Under the pieces are notes generated by a model that was given only the letters and a program-made list of their open reading frames with translations, was not told where the DNA came from and did no database searches. From Octopus vulgaris (lineage: Eukaryota), in NCBI GenBank assembly GCA_951406725.2, contig CATOCA020000001.1, positions 3,472,001 through 3,536,000 of the forward strand: a stretch of 64,000 nucleotides of DNA, in the 5' to 3' direction. This document shows, piece by piece, positions 1-10,442 of the stretch (its first letter is position 1; each line of letters begins with the position of its first letter). A program made the position numbers and the translations under genes.

Positions 1-512
1 TGTATCTGCTGAGCCTGGAAGGGCATTGTTTATTATGAGCTACTTCCATGAAGTCAGTCATTAAAATTCAAACTATTATTGTCCCCGATTTCATCAATTG
101 AAGGATGTAAATTATGAAAAACGTCCAGAACTGACTTACCGAAAGGACAACGCTAGACTGTACATTTCTTTGCAGACTCAGCAGAAATTGGTGCAGCTTG
201 GGTGGGATGTCTTACCCCCCACACCGTACTAACCTGACCTTGCACGTTCGGATTATCATTTATTGGGATCCTTGCAGAATTCTCTTAATGGGAAGAACTT
301 TGATTGTTTAAAAGAGTGTAGAAGCCACTTAGACAAGTTAATGACCCAGAAAGTTCTGGAAGGACAGGGTCATGAAGCTGCCTCAAAGATGGCGAAAGAT
401 AGGGGAACAAAATGGGAAATATTTGGTTTGAGTAAAGCTATGCACGGCAATCTAAAGACTATTAAAAAATTTTACTTACAAAATGCTAGAAAGTTTTTTG
501 CAAACCGAACAA
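1..512 (+). mobile_element. mariner-family (DD34D) transposase relic, 3' part
   Basis: Frameshifted translation gives WKGIVYYELL, QKLVQLGWDVL, a degenerate YSPDLAPSDYHLF motif (PY*PDLARSDYHLL) and SLQNSLNGKNF; mariner-like terminal sequence near 490-512. Confidence 0.8.
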
Positions 513-776
513 ACACAGACATACATAATATAACGGTATTCATGACACACACACACACATATATATATACACACATACACAAATACACACACATACACAA
601 ACACATACACAAATACACACACATACACACACATACACATACAAATACACACACATACTCACATACATACACACAGCCTGTTCATATTTGAAAACTATTC
701 TTTATTTCATTTACGGGATTATTATATATCCGGAAAGGCATTATTACCCTCTCATCTCATTCATCATCTCACCTTG

Positions 777-1215
777 TATTCTCCCGTTTAGAGGTGCCAT
801 AATCAACTGCATTTTATATTTCATTTATATTTAGGGGAACAGGACAATCGAAGGAGACTTTTGGTATCGCTAAGCCAAACAGAAATAGCAGTTGACAAAT
901 ATGCCAGGAAAAGATCGTTTGGAATTCGTATTAAAGATTTAGGACGAGAAATAGGGAAAGGGTTAGAATATAAGTTGTAGCTATGGGTATTCTCACATTT
1001 ACAGGTTCCATAATCAACTGCATTTGAAACTTATTTTAATAAAGTTTAGGGGAACAGGACAAACGAAGGGACATTTGATATGGCTAAACCTAAAGAAACA
1101 GCAGTTGACAAATGTATCAGAAAAAATTCTTTTATTAGGGATTTAGAACGAGAGAAGGGTTTAAAAGAGAGGCCAAGCGTTTGAGTTTTTAGGTTAGGGT
1201 TTAAGTTGTAGGTAT
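777..1215. repeat. two diverged direct repeats of ~211 bp
   Basis: ccataatcaactgcattt...tttaggggaacaggacaa...gcagttgacaaat occurs at 797 and again at 1008. Confidence 0.75.
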
Positions 1216-1267
1216 TGGTTAGGTTTAAGGGTTACGGTATACAGGTTAAGTTTAGAAATACGTGGGG

Positions 1268-1344
<77 letters not shown>

Positions 1345-1584
1345 GTGAACATATGAGAAAACAAATAAGGTTTTTTAAAAATAAAAAATAAAGTATTTTT
1401 GTAATATCCAATGAGTAAGATGTAGAATTGTGAAACGAATTGTGTGAATAAGATACAGCTTTTCTTCCACCCCCCCATATATATATATACATATATATAT
1501 ATATACACATATATGTATATATGTATGTATGCATGTATATAGTATATGTATGTATGTGTGTTTGTATATAGGTATGTATGTATA

Positions 1585-1851
1585 CTCTTTTACTTGACCG
1601 CGGCCATGATGGAGCGGTGTCTTTTGGTGAAACAAATCGACACCAGAAATTATTCTGTACTGGTGCAGTACTTATTTTATCGGTTCCTTTTGTCGAACCG
1701 CTAATTTACGGGGACACAAACACACCAACATCGGTTGCCAAGCGATGATGAGAGGACAAACACAGACACACAAACAAGGATTTGGTCATCCCGAGGCTAT
1801 AGTAGAGGTCATTTTGCCAAAGTGGCAAGCAATGTAACTGAACCCCGAACC

Positions 1852-1855
<4 letters not shown>
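1585..1855 (-). mobile_element. tRNA-derived SINE family A, degenerate partial copy
   Basis: Similar to the complete copies at 12658-13055 and 25990-26400. Confidence 0.75.
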
Positions 1856-1880
<25 letters not shown>

Positions 1881-1882
<2 letters not shown>

Positions 1883-2238
1883 CTCTTTTACATGTTTCAG
1901 TCATTTGATTGTGCCATGCTGGAGCACCGCCTTTAGTCGAGCAAATCGACCCCGGGACTTATTCTTTGTAAGCCCAGTACTTATTCTATCGGTCTCTTTT
2001 GCTGAACCGCTAAGTGACGGGGACGTAAACACACCAGCATCGGTTGTCAAGCAATGCTAGCGGGACAAACACAGACACACAAGCATATACATATATACAA
2101 CAGGCTTCTTTCGGTTTCCGTCTATCAAATCCACTCACAAGACATTGGTCGACACTTGCCCAAGATGCCACGCAGTGGGACTGAACCCGGAACCATGTGG
2201 TTGGTTAGCAAGCTATTTACCACACAGCCACTCCTGCG

Positions 2239-2240
<2 letters not shown>
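1881..2240 (-). mobile_element. tRNA-derived SINE family A (octopus-type, CORE-like central domain)
   Basis: Minus-strand head ggcgcaggagtggctgtgtggtaa...ggttccgggttcagtccc (A/B-box-like), then cttgggcaagtgtc; many near-identical copies in the window. Confidence 0.9.
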
Positions 2241-2295
<55 letters not shown>

Positions 2296-2299
<4 letters not shown>

Positions 2300-3403
2300 A
2301 CGGAATCCCCCGAAAGCTGCTACAGAATCCCACCTGCCGTCGCTCGAACTCGAACCCGGGATCCCAACAAGTCGAGCGACGACGATTGATCAGGCTCGAT
2401 TGATCGACGCAAGTTCGCCACGGAGCCCAGAGAGGAGAGAGACAACAACAACAACAACAGCAGCAGGAAGAGACACAGAGGCAATCGGCTTGCATTTAAC
2501 CTACTAGTTTATAACACTTTTTAATTGTTACAACATCAAATAAATCAAGATACATATCAGGTACATCAAAGAGGAAATACATGCAAGAACAACACATCAA
2601 AGCATTCGGATACAATAACGGTTCAGATTGATGCAATATACAGTCCGGAGACAACAGTTCTGTCTCAAATCACATTAACGTTACAGTTCAGAGGACAATT
2701 AACACATATACGTTCAATGTTCATTAAATTATTTTCAGACAACAACAGAGTCTTTCTTGTCTTTTTCCTTCTTTCTCTTTTTTTTGTAACACGTATCAAT
2801 ACAATTCTTTTTACATAATTCACATATCAACACAATTCACAATGTTCGATTGTTTAACATAATGTCTTTATACTGTCTCATTTCTTTTCACATTAAGTCA
2901 TTAACACATCAACAAGTCCTTTACTCCGCACAACAACTCTTTTACATTTCCTTAATTCACAATGTCTTTATACATTTCTTTAGCCTTTTCTTTATAACAC
3001 ATCAACAACATAAACAAAACATATACCGTAAGTTCTTCGTTTACAAACTCTCACTACAAATAGCCATGCCTTCTCGCCGTAATCTCTCCCAGTCCCTTAA
3101 TCTTCTCTGCCTGTCTTCCTCTGCCACAGCAGAACAAACCATTACTAACTCGCTGTATCATCCCAACTGTTGCCTGTCTCTCACAAACTCCCAACTGCCG
3201 ACTGCTTGCCTTGAATCCCAAATGCCGACTGCCTCTCACAAACTGAACTGCTCACTTAAGAGGGTAGCCCTCAAATGAACCTTAATTCACCTGAAAGGGT
3301 CGGGGGTTTCCCCAGAGCTAATTATCAACCCGCATCTGGCAGAACAATGGATTCATTCCCAAAAGTAGGTCGCCAGCTCTGTCCTTAAGTTGAACTCACA
3401 ACA
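2296..3403 (-). mobile_element. probable solo LTR (Gypsy/BEL-like)
   Basis: 1108-bp non-coding insert with TGTT...AACA termini, flanked by atat on both sides within a (TA)n tract. Orientation inferred from Inr-like cagttcagtt and attaaa on the minus strand. Confidence 0.65.
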
Positions 3404-3778
<375 letters not shown>

Positions 3779-3861
3779 GCGCAGGAGTGGCTGAAATCAA
3801 ATGGATTTATGGATTTCATCAGATAATTGCTTTTTTCCATTGTAACTTATATCAACACTGG

Positions 3862-4225
3862 TTACTCCCTCCACTTTAATGGCGCTTTTCTCTGAAGCAT
3901 ATGTATATTACGTTGTAAGATCGGGTTAGTAGTATTGCTATTCCTAAGCGAAATAAGAAAATATGTATCGCAAATGACAATAATGTGGTTGATCTGTTCA
4001 GTCTTGCTTTTGTACGGCCTACATTTGTTGTGTGTCAGTGTGTTTTGCCTTCTATTCTGTAGGTAGTTGGCGGAGATGTCTTGATTTTGAATTGCATGGA
4101 GATAGCTTTCAAAGTGGGATGTCATAAATTAATCGCTCCTCCATGCCTAACTTCTGACATGATCAATCCCTTCTATGGTTTGTGCGGAGCGGGCTTTTTC
4201 TTCTAGTCTTAATAAGGAACCTACC
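3862..4225 (-). pseudogene. RLE-type (R2/R4/NeSL group) non-LTR retrotransposon fragment
   Basis: TSHFESYLHAIQNQDISANYL...KCR...E.INHII..C resembles the CCHC-knuckle region that precedes an RLE domain (compare 39842-40063). Confidence 0.6.
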
Positions 4226-4870
4226 TTTTCTCTGAAAATGGTCCTTTCTAATATTTCTTTCCACACCACAGCTAACTCAGTCTTTGCTGGGTTAAGCAAT
4301 CTACACTAAGGTTTATTCTCTAAGTTTACTTTATGGTCCTTCACCGTTGGAAAAGAGGGTCGTGCGTGCCAGATAGTCTATCCTATCATCTATTTGTAGT
4401 TTTGTTGCAAACACTTTGGTTTCTAGATTAATAGATATATAAGCTCCATTTCTAGATTTCTTATAAATAAAGGAAGCCCTTTTATATATACAAACCCCTT
4501 GACTATGTATATTCTTTATTTTATCGTAGGAAACATGTAACTGATATGATTTGTGTCAATATATGAATTGTTCGTTCATCTTACATTGGAAGCTATTTGG
4601 CATCTGATGAAACATGAATCTTTTTTAAGATATTTAAAACACATTCTTTCACTTTCCCAACATCCATTTGTTATTCAGTTGGTATCATATTCTGAAGTCA
4701 CATTTTTTCATCTTTATATCACCCAGGCACTCCGCTTTCAAAACAATGAACACGCCAGCTCAATCGTCTTATAAAGCATTCTGTTTTTTGCCAACGTACA
4801 TTTCACGTAATAATTCGTCTCGAAATTGGAAGGTCCTTGGTCGAGAAATCGAATTGATGTTTATTCCTGA
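4225..4870 (-). pseudogene. Penelope-like reverse transcriptase relic
   Basis: Minus-strand FPTVKDHKVNLENKP*CRLLNPAKTELAVVWKEILER matches the PLE RT N-terminal motif (TLKDHK..F..KP.CRLINP.K.E.G). Confidence 0.7.
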
Positions 4871-4954
4871 TCAGACCGATTATATTGATCCGTCTTTGTT
4901 AAGTGCAAAACAGCAACTAAAGAAAGCTGAACATTTCATATATTATTTTATTCG

Positions 4955-5135
4955 TTTACTCTTTTACTTGTTTCAGTCATTTGACTGCGGCCATGCTGGA
5001 ACACCACCTTAAAGTGTGTTAGTCGAAGGAATCGACCCCAGGACTTATTCTTTGTAAGCGTAGTGCTTACTCTATCGTTTGTTTTACCGAACTGCTAAGT
5101 TAGTTACGGTGACTAAAACGCACCAACTTCGGTTT
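4955..5135 (-). mobile_element. SINE family A, 3' half
   Basis: tttcagtcatttgactgcggccatgctgg...gacttattctttgtaagc matches the family tail. Confidence 0.8.
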
Positions 5136-5378
5136 TTATAAATGTTCTCTTTTATAAACATTCTCTTTATAAATGTTCTGAAATCTTTCATAGCCTTGGA
5201 TTTTTTTTTATCGCATTCTGTGACCTTTTTTATATATACACATGCTGATATATGACCTACGTTGGAACCTCATTCCTATAATCATCGAACCTGGAGCTTC
5301 ACTATAGTCTGTCCATACCATTTACTCAGCATTACCTGACACCTTTGTGTCTTCTTGACACCATTACCTCTCATAACC

Positions 5379-5433
<55 letters not shown>

Positions 5434-5524
5434 CCACTTATGTATATCAGGTTCGAAAGAAAGACCTGCATTTGAATTTCAAGATGACAAAGAAACAGTG
5501 CCTGAAATAAATAGCAGCATTAAT

Positions 5525-5577
5525 CAGCAGCAGCGCTACCGCCGCATAGAATTACCAGGCCATAGCTGCTGCCTGCT
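5525..5577 (+). other. candidate rolling-circle origin stem-loop (CRESS-virus-like)
   Basis: TAGAATTAC at 5547-5555 (one mismatch to TAGTATTAC) between imperfect inverted arms gcagcagc(gc)ta...gcc and ggc...tagctgctgc, ~70 bp upstream of the capsid-like ATG. Confidence 0.5.
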
Positions 5578-5626
5578 GCCTATGACGTAATAGCCTGCAA
5601 CATCCTAGCAGTCGTCAGTCAGCATT

Positions 5627-6355
5627 ATGCTGTACAGGAGACGCCCACGCATTATAGGCAGGCGAAAGAGTTTTTTAGGAAGAGGAATGTATTACGTAAT
5701 CGGAGACGTTATCGACGCCGTCGGCAGTATCGTCGTCGCCGTAATGGAAGATACACTATTTATCCTCTACCCCCCCCGTGTTAGACAATCATCAGTTCAA
5801 TCTTTTTTTAAAGTGGAACAACTAAAAATTAAAGATGAAAAAACTCCTATGACAATATCATGTACATGGGCACAAATGAATGATTCAATTGAGAATGTAA
5901 AAGCTAACATATGGAGAACGCTATTCGATCAGTGGCAGGTTCTACGTTTCCGATATGTATTTGAAGTATATAAAAAACAAAAAGCTGGTGCAATTATCCC
6001 AAGACTATATTACACTTACGATCGAGATATTCAAGGCAAACATATAGATGACTCAGAAATATTTAACATATTAAGAGAAAACAGAAGAGTTAAAGTTTCC
6101 TATCGTCCAAGATGGACTTGGATTACACACGATAAAAGTAATGATGAAGGTGACCCTAACCCATATCCTAATACGATCGTTAGAGGTTCACAACGATGGG
6201 ATATGGCACCAGCTCCTTTCGGTGAAAATCCAAACAAAGCATTTCCTCAACATAGTTATAACGGTATGGCTATGGTTCTTCATGCTCAGCCTAACTCCAG
6301 TATACTTCTACGTAAATTTATTGGTCGAAGAGATACCCAAATTTACAAAAATTGA
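5627..6355 (+). CDS. endogenous CRESS-DNA-virus (circovirus-like) capsid protein
   Basis: 242-aa non-repetitive ORF with a basic start (MLYRRRPRIIGRRKS) and a -1-frame Arg-rich arm at 5677-5769. WRTLFDQWQVLRFRYVF, PRLYYTYDRD, KVSYRPRW and PQHSYNG resemble motifs of CRESS jelly-roll capsids. No TE motifs. Assigned by eye only. Confidence 0.7.
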   Translation: MLYRRRPRIIGRRKSFLGRGMYYVIGDVIDAVGSIVVAVMEDTLFILYPPRVRQSSVQSFFKVEQLKIKDEKTPMTISCTWAQMNDSIENVKANIWRTLFDQWQVLRFRYVFEVYKKQKAGAIIPRLYYTYDRDIQGKHIDDSEIFNILRENRRVKVSYRPRWTWITHDKSNDEGDPNPYPNTIVRGSQRWDMAPAPFGENPNKAFPQHSYNGMAMVLHAQPNSSILLRKFIGRRDTQIYKN

Positions 6356-6584
6356 CTAGTCTCATCGAGATGGGAAGACAATTATGGTTCAGTTGGTGAA
6401 TGTGAAGAAGAAAGAGATCCTGAGAGGAAAAGAGACTGAATATTATTTCAACTTACCGTTTACACGTGAAGAATGAACTAGAAACAATTTTCTCGCTGTA
6501 ACCGATCTTCAGTTTTAAATTTAATAAAGCAAGCGCATGCGAATTTTGGGTTAGAAAGATAGACACACATAGATATGTAGATGT

Positions 6585-6740
6585 ATACGATGGTCTTCGC
6601 CCCGTTTCCATCTAGCAAATCCACTTACAAGACTTTGTAAGGCTATAGTAGTAGGCTATAGTAGTAGACACTTGCCGAACATGCCACGCAGTGGGACTGA
6701 ACTCGGAACCATGTGGTTGGAAAGCCACGCCTGCGCCTAT
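6585..6740 (-). mobile_element. SINE family A, 5' half, degenerate
   Basis: gccacgcagtgggactgaactcggaaccatgtggttgg. Confidence 0.8.
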
Positions 6741-6744
6741 AAAT

Positions 6745-7015
6745 CATCTGTTTGGAAGCTAGTTTGTGAGGGAAAGCCTCTTGCTTTGTTAATCATCGTT
6801 TGTAATCATACAAATGTCTTACAAATTTTATAGTTCCGGATAATGGGTCTGAAAGAAAGATTTACATTCTCTCTTTAAGATTTCCAGTTCAGCCAAAATT
6901 CACTCCAGACTGGTCGGTACACATCCTCTTGCTCCAATAATACAAAGCTGAAAGTGTAACTTGGGGACTGGATTTGCAAACACCTTATCAATGTTTCATG
7001 AATGTCCGCTTTCTT
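6745..7015 (-). pseudogene. RLE endonuclease C-terminal relic of a non-LTR element
   Basis: Frameshifted minus-strand translation LIRCLQIQSPSYTFSF..IIGARGCVPTSL...LSGTIK resembles the P.IIGA.G motif at the end of RLE domains. Confidence 0.5.
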
Positions 7016-7039
7016 TTCTATTTTTTATACGCATATCGA

Positions 7040-7590
7040 TGTTGTGTATGTATGTATGTATGTGTATGTATGTATGTATGTATGTATGTATGTGTGTATG
7101 TATGTAGGTATGTATGTATGTATGTATGTGTGTATGTATGTGTGTATGTATGTGTGTGTGTATGTATGTGTGTGTATGTATGTATGTGTGTATGTGTGTA
7201 TGTATGTATGTATGTGTGTGTATGTATGTATGTATGTATGTATGTGTGTATGTGTGTGTATGTGTGTGTGTATGTATCTATGTATGTGTGTATGTGTGTA
7301 TGTATGTATGTGTGTATGTGTGTGTATGTATGTGTGTGTATGTATGTGTGTGTATGTATGTATGTATGTATGTGTGTATGTATGTATGTGTGTGTATGTA
7401 TGTATGTATGTGTGTGTATATGTATGTATGTGTGTGTATGTATGTATGTGTGTATGTATGTATGTATGTATGTGTGTATGTATGTGTATGTATGTATGTG
7501 TATGCAATTATGTATGTATGCGTGTATGCATGTATGTATGTGTGTGTATGTATGTGTGTATGTATGTATGTATGCAATTATGTATGTATG
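7040..7590. repeat. (TGTA)n/(TG)n compound microsatellite
   Basis: Direct reading; source of several spurious ORFs. Confidence 0.97.
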
Positions 7591-7597
7591 CATATTT

Positions 7598-8092
7598 CGA
7601 GTGCTACTGGTAACATGTAATCCAGTACAACCTGTTGTATGGTCGGGTCGTCAGCGACTAAACCGGCAACCTCACCAAGCTCGCTTGGTGAGGAGGGTGT
7701 TTATTGGACACCCTGCAGGATGATAAACAAAACCCGTCAAAGGGCGGAGGAACTCTTGTGAGTCAACGGCCATCCGATAAATGTCTTAAGGCTGTATCAT
7801 GCGCGGGGACATAGAAATAATCGGATTGAATACCCGATCGCGCAGTTAAACCATTGGGAGTGAAGGACTTCTAGCCATTGTTAGGGTATCCTTCTAGGAG
7901 AAGGTAATTCAGGTAACTGGGATAACTCCAATATAAAACCTGCGGCTCAGTGTTTACCGATGATGTTGACTTGTTCTTCTTTTCGGATTATGGCTGCTGT
8001 TGCTTAGTGAGTGGGATTGACTCAGTGCACAGCCTTTCCTCACTTTAAAAAAAAATCTTCTTGCACAGGCAGTGTACGATAACAACATTTAT
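7598..8092 (+). mobile_element. RTE-5'UTR-like non-autonomous element
   Basis: Contains ctaggagaaggtaa...taaaacc (RTE 5'UTR-type motif); reverse-complement homologues at ~44600-44745 and ~49900-50113. Confidence 0.6.
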
Positions 8093-9380
8093 TAAGTTGA
8101 GGGTTGGCATCGAGTACAGTGAAGAATTCCGGGTAGAGGTTGGGGTCCACCAAGGTTCAGTCCTCAGTCCCCTCCTATTTATCATAGTCCTCCAGGCAAT
8201 AACGGAGGAATTCAAGACAAGATGCCCCTGGGAGCTCCTCTATGCTGATGACCTTGCTGTAATTGCTGAGTCTCTATCAGAACTAGAGGGGAAGTTTCAG
8301 GTGTGGAAGCAAGGTTTAGAATCAAAGGGCCTTAGAATCAATCTAGCCAAAACCAAAGTCTTAATAAGTTGGAAGGTAGACAAATCACAAACGCCTTCAG
8401 CTAGATGGCCCTGCTCGATCTGTAAAAAAGGCGTAGGTAGAAACTCTATACGATGCATCAAGTGTAAGCTATGGACACATAAGAGATGTAGTAATGTCAA
8501 AGGAAGACTAACTAGGAAAATAGTTTTTATCTGTGGCAGATGCTCAGGAGCAATAAACACTGAAAATGCACAGAGACCAACTTCCGCCACATTCCAGGGA
8601 GAAAAACTAGAAATAGTTGATAGCTTCCGTTACCTAGGTGACCAAGTCAGTAGCGGGGGCGGGTGTGCTGAAAGTGTAACTGCTAGAGTAAGAATAGCCT
8701 GGGCAAAGTTCAGAGAGCTCTTACATCTGCTGGTGACAAAAGGCCTCTCGCTCAGAGTAAAAGGCAGACTGTATGATGCATGTGTACGTACAGCCATGCT
8801 ACATGGTAGTGAAACATGAGCTGTGACTGCTGAGGATATGTGTAAGCTCGCAAGAAATAAAGCCAGTATGCTCCAATGGATGTGTAATGTCAGTGTTCAT
8901 ACTCGGCAGAGTGTAAGTACCTTGAGAGAAAAGTTGGACCTAAGCAGCATCAGTTGTGGTGTGCAAGAGAGACGTTTGCACTGGTATGGTCATGTGGCAA
9001 GAATGGATGAAGATAGTTGTGTGAAAAAGTGCCACACCCTAGCGGTTGAGGGAACCTGTGGAAGAGGTAGACTCAGGAAAACCTGGGACGAGGTGGTGAA
9101 GCACGACCTTCGAACATTAGGTCTCACCGAGGAAATGACTAGTGACCGAGACCTTTGGAAGTATGCTGTGCATGAGAAGACCCGGCAGGACAAGTGAGAC
9201 CATAACCCGTGGCCTCTACCTGGGATGTAGCCAGTCCACTTGTGCATGCCTTTCCTTCTTGGGACACAAAACTCTACTTGTGAGGACCTGTTGAGGCAAG
9301 TGAAAATCGAAATTGATCAACATAAATGGAAATTGTAGTTGTGATACCAGTGCCAGTGACATGTAAGAGAACCATCTGAA
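8093..9380 (+). mobile_element. 5'-truncated RTE LINE (RT 3' half, PHD-like finger, partial 3'UTR)
   Basis: GVHQGSVLSPLLF, LLYADDL, RRLHWYGHV, GRGRLRKTW; premature stop at 8817-8819; close to the 36329-38428 ORF. Confidence 0.92.
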
Positions 9381-9384
9381 CGAT

Positions 9385-9612
9385 CACACACCAGCATCGA
9401 GGGGACAAACACAGACACACACACTTATATATATATATATATACATATATACGACAGGCTTCTTTCAGTTTCCGTCTACCAAATCCACTCACAAGGCATT
9501 GGTCGACCCGGGGCTATAGCAGAAGACACTTGCTCAAGATGCCATGCAGTGGGACTGAACCCAGAACCATGTGGTTGGTTAGCAAGCTACTTACCACACA
9601 GCCACTCCTGCG

Positions 9613-9614
<2 letters not shown>
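9385..9614 (-). mobile_element. SINE family A, 5' two-thirds
   Basis: Head ...ccacacagccactcctgcgcc at ~9594-9614. Confidence 0.88.
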
Positions 9615-9651
<37 letters not shown>

Positions 9652-9656
9652 TATAT

Positions 9657-9806
9657 ATAAAATATATACATACACTATTAGATATGTACGTATATACTCA
9701 AGGGTACTACATGAGTACCTATATCACTAATGATAGCGATATAGGTACTCATGTAGTACCCTTGTGTATATACGTACATATCTAATATTGTATGTATATA
9801 TTTTAT
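9657..9806. repeat. 73-bp inverted repeat with 4-nt spacer
   Basis: Arms 9657-9729 and 9734-9806; 3 mismatches counted. Confidence 0.9.
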
Positions 9807-9870
9807 TAATTTGCCCGAACGGCTGATAATTCGCTTACCACTTGTGATGGTATTTTAATAATGCCATCCC

Positions 9871-9924
<54 letters not shown>

Positions 9925-9931
<7 letters not shown>

Positions 9932-10120
9932 AATTCAAATAAATGGAAAAAATGATTTAAAAAAATATTGTGAGGACATGCATCACAGATGTATTAGCTT
10001 GACACTCTGTGAAAGGAGAGAGTTTGATGTTTCGAGCATAGCTCTTCATCGGAAGAGAGAAAAGGAAAAATCCAAAGATGGAAAAGAAACTGCCAACAGC
10101 ACATGTGTAGTTACATTGCT
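9925..10120 (-). mobile_element. short Penelope-related element with a degenerate minimal hammerhead motif
   Basis: Minus strand 10022-10055 reads CCGATGA-A-GAGC-TAT-GCTC-GAAACATC; adjoins (TA)n. Confidence 0.55.
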
Positions 10121-10442
10121 GATATGCATGCAGACTTATACACAGACAGACAAATAAAGAGATAGATAGATAGATAGATAGATAGATCTCTATGTGTATA
10201 TTTCTGCATGCATGTGCATGAGTGGGTGTATGTTTCCAGGGCCAAAGAGCATTGTGCTTGCCTCCAGTACCAAAAAATACTATCACCAAAGTAGGCTTAA
10301 TGTCCTATTAGCTATGCAAAATCACCAGTGTCCAAACAATCACATCCAATCATTTCATTCCAGTCAACCATAGACCTAACACAAATGCTTGCAACAGAGA
10401 AGATTCCTCTGCCAAGGCACCTAATATTCCAGGTAATCACTG

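Noticed and set aside
1190-1260. Interstitial telomere
   Set aside because: Only scattered TTAGGG-like words, no true array; likewise at ~28035.
5345-5590. Possible Rep remnant upstream of the capsid-like ORF (HTHL resembling RCR motif II)
   Set aside because: HTH comes from a (CA)n run; no motif I, motif III or Walker motifs were found on either strand.
6470-6520. Minus-strand CTGAAGA-tcg...cga-GAAA...TTC hammerhead-like core next to the viral-like ORF
   Set aside because: Stem I cannot form (aaaa vs tagt); probably chance.
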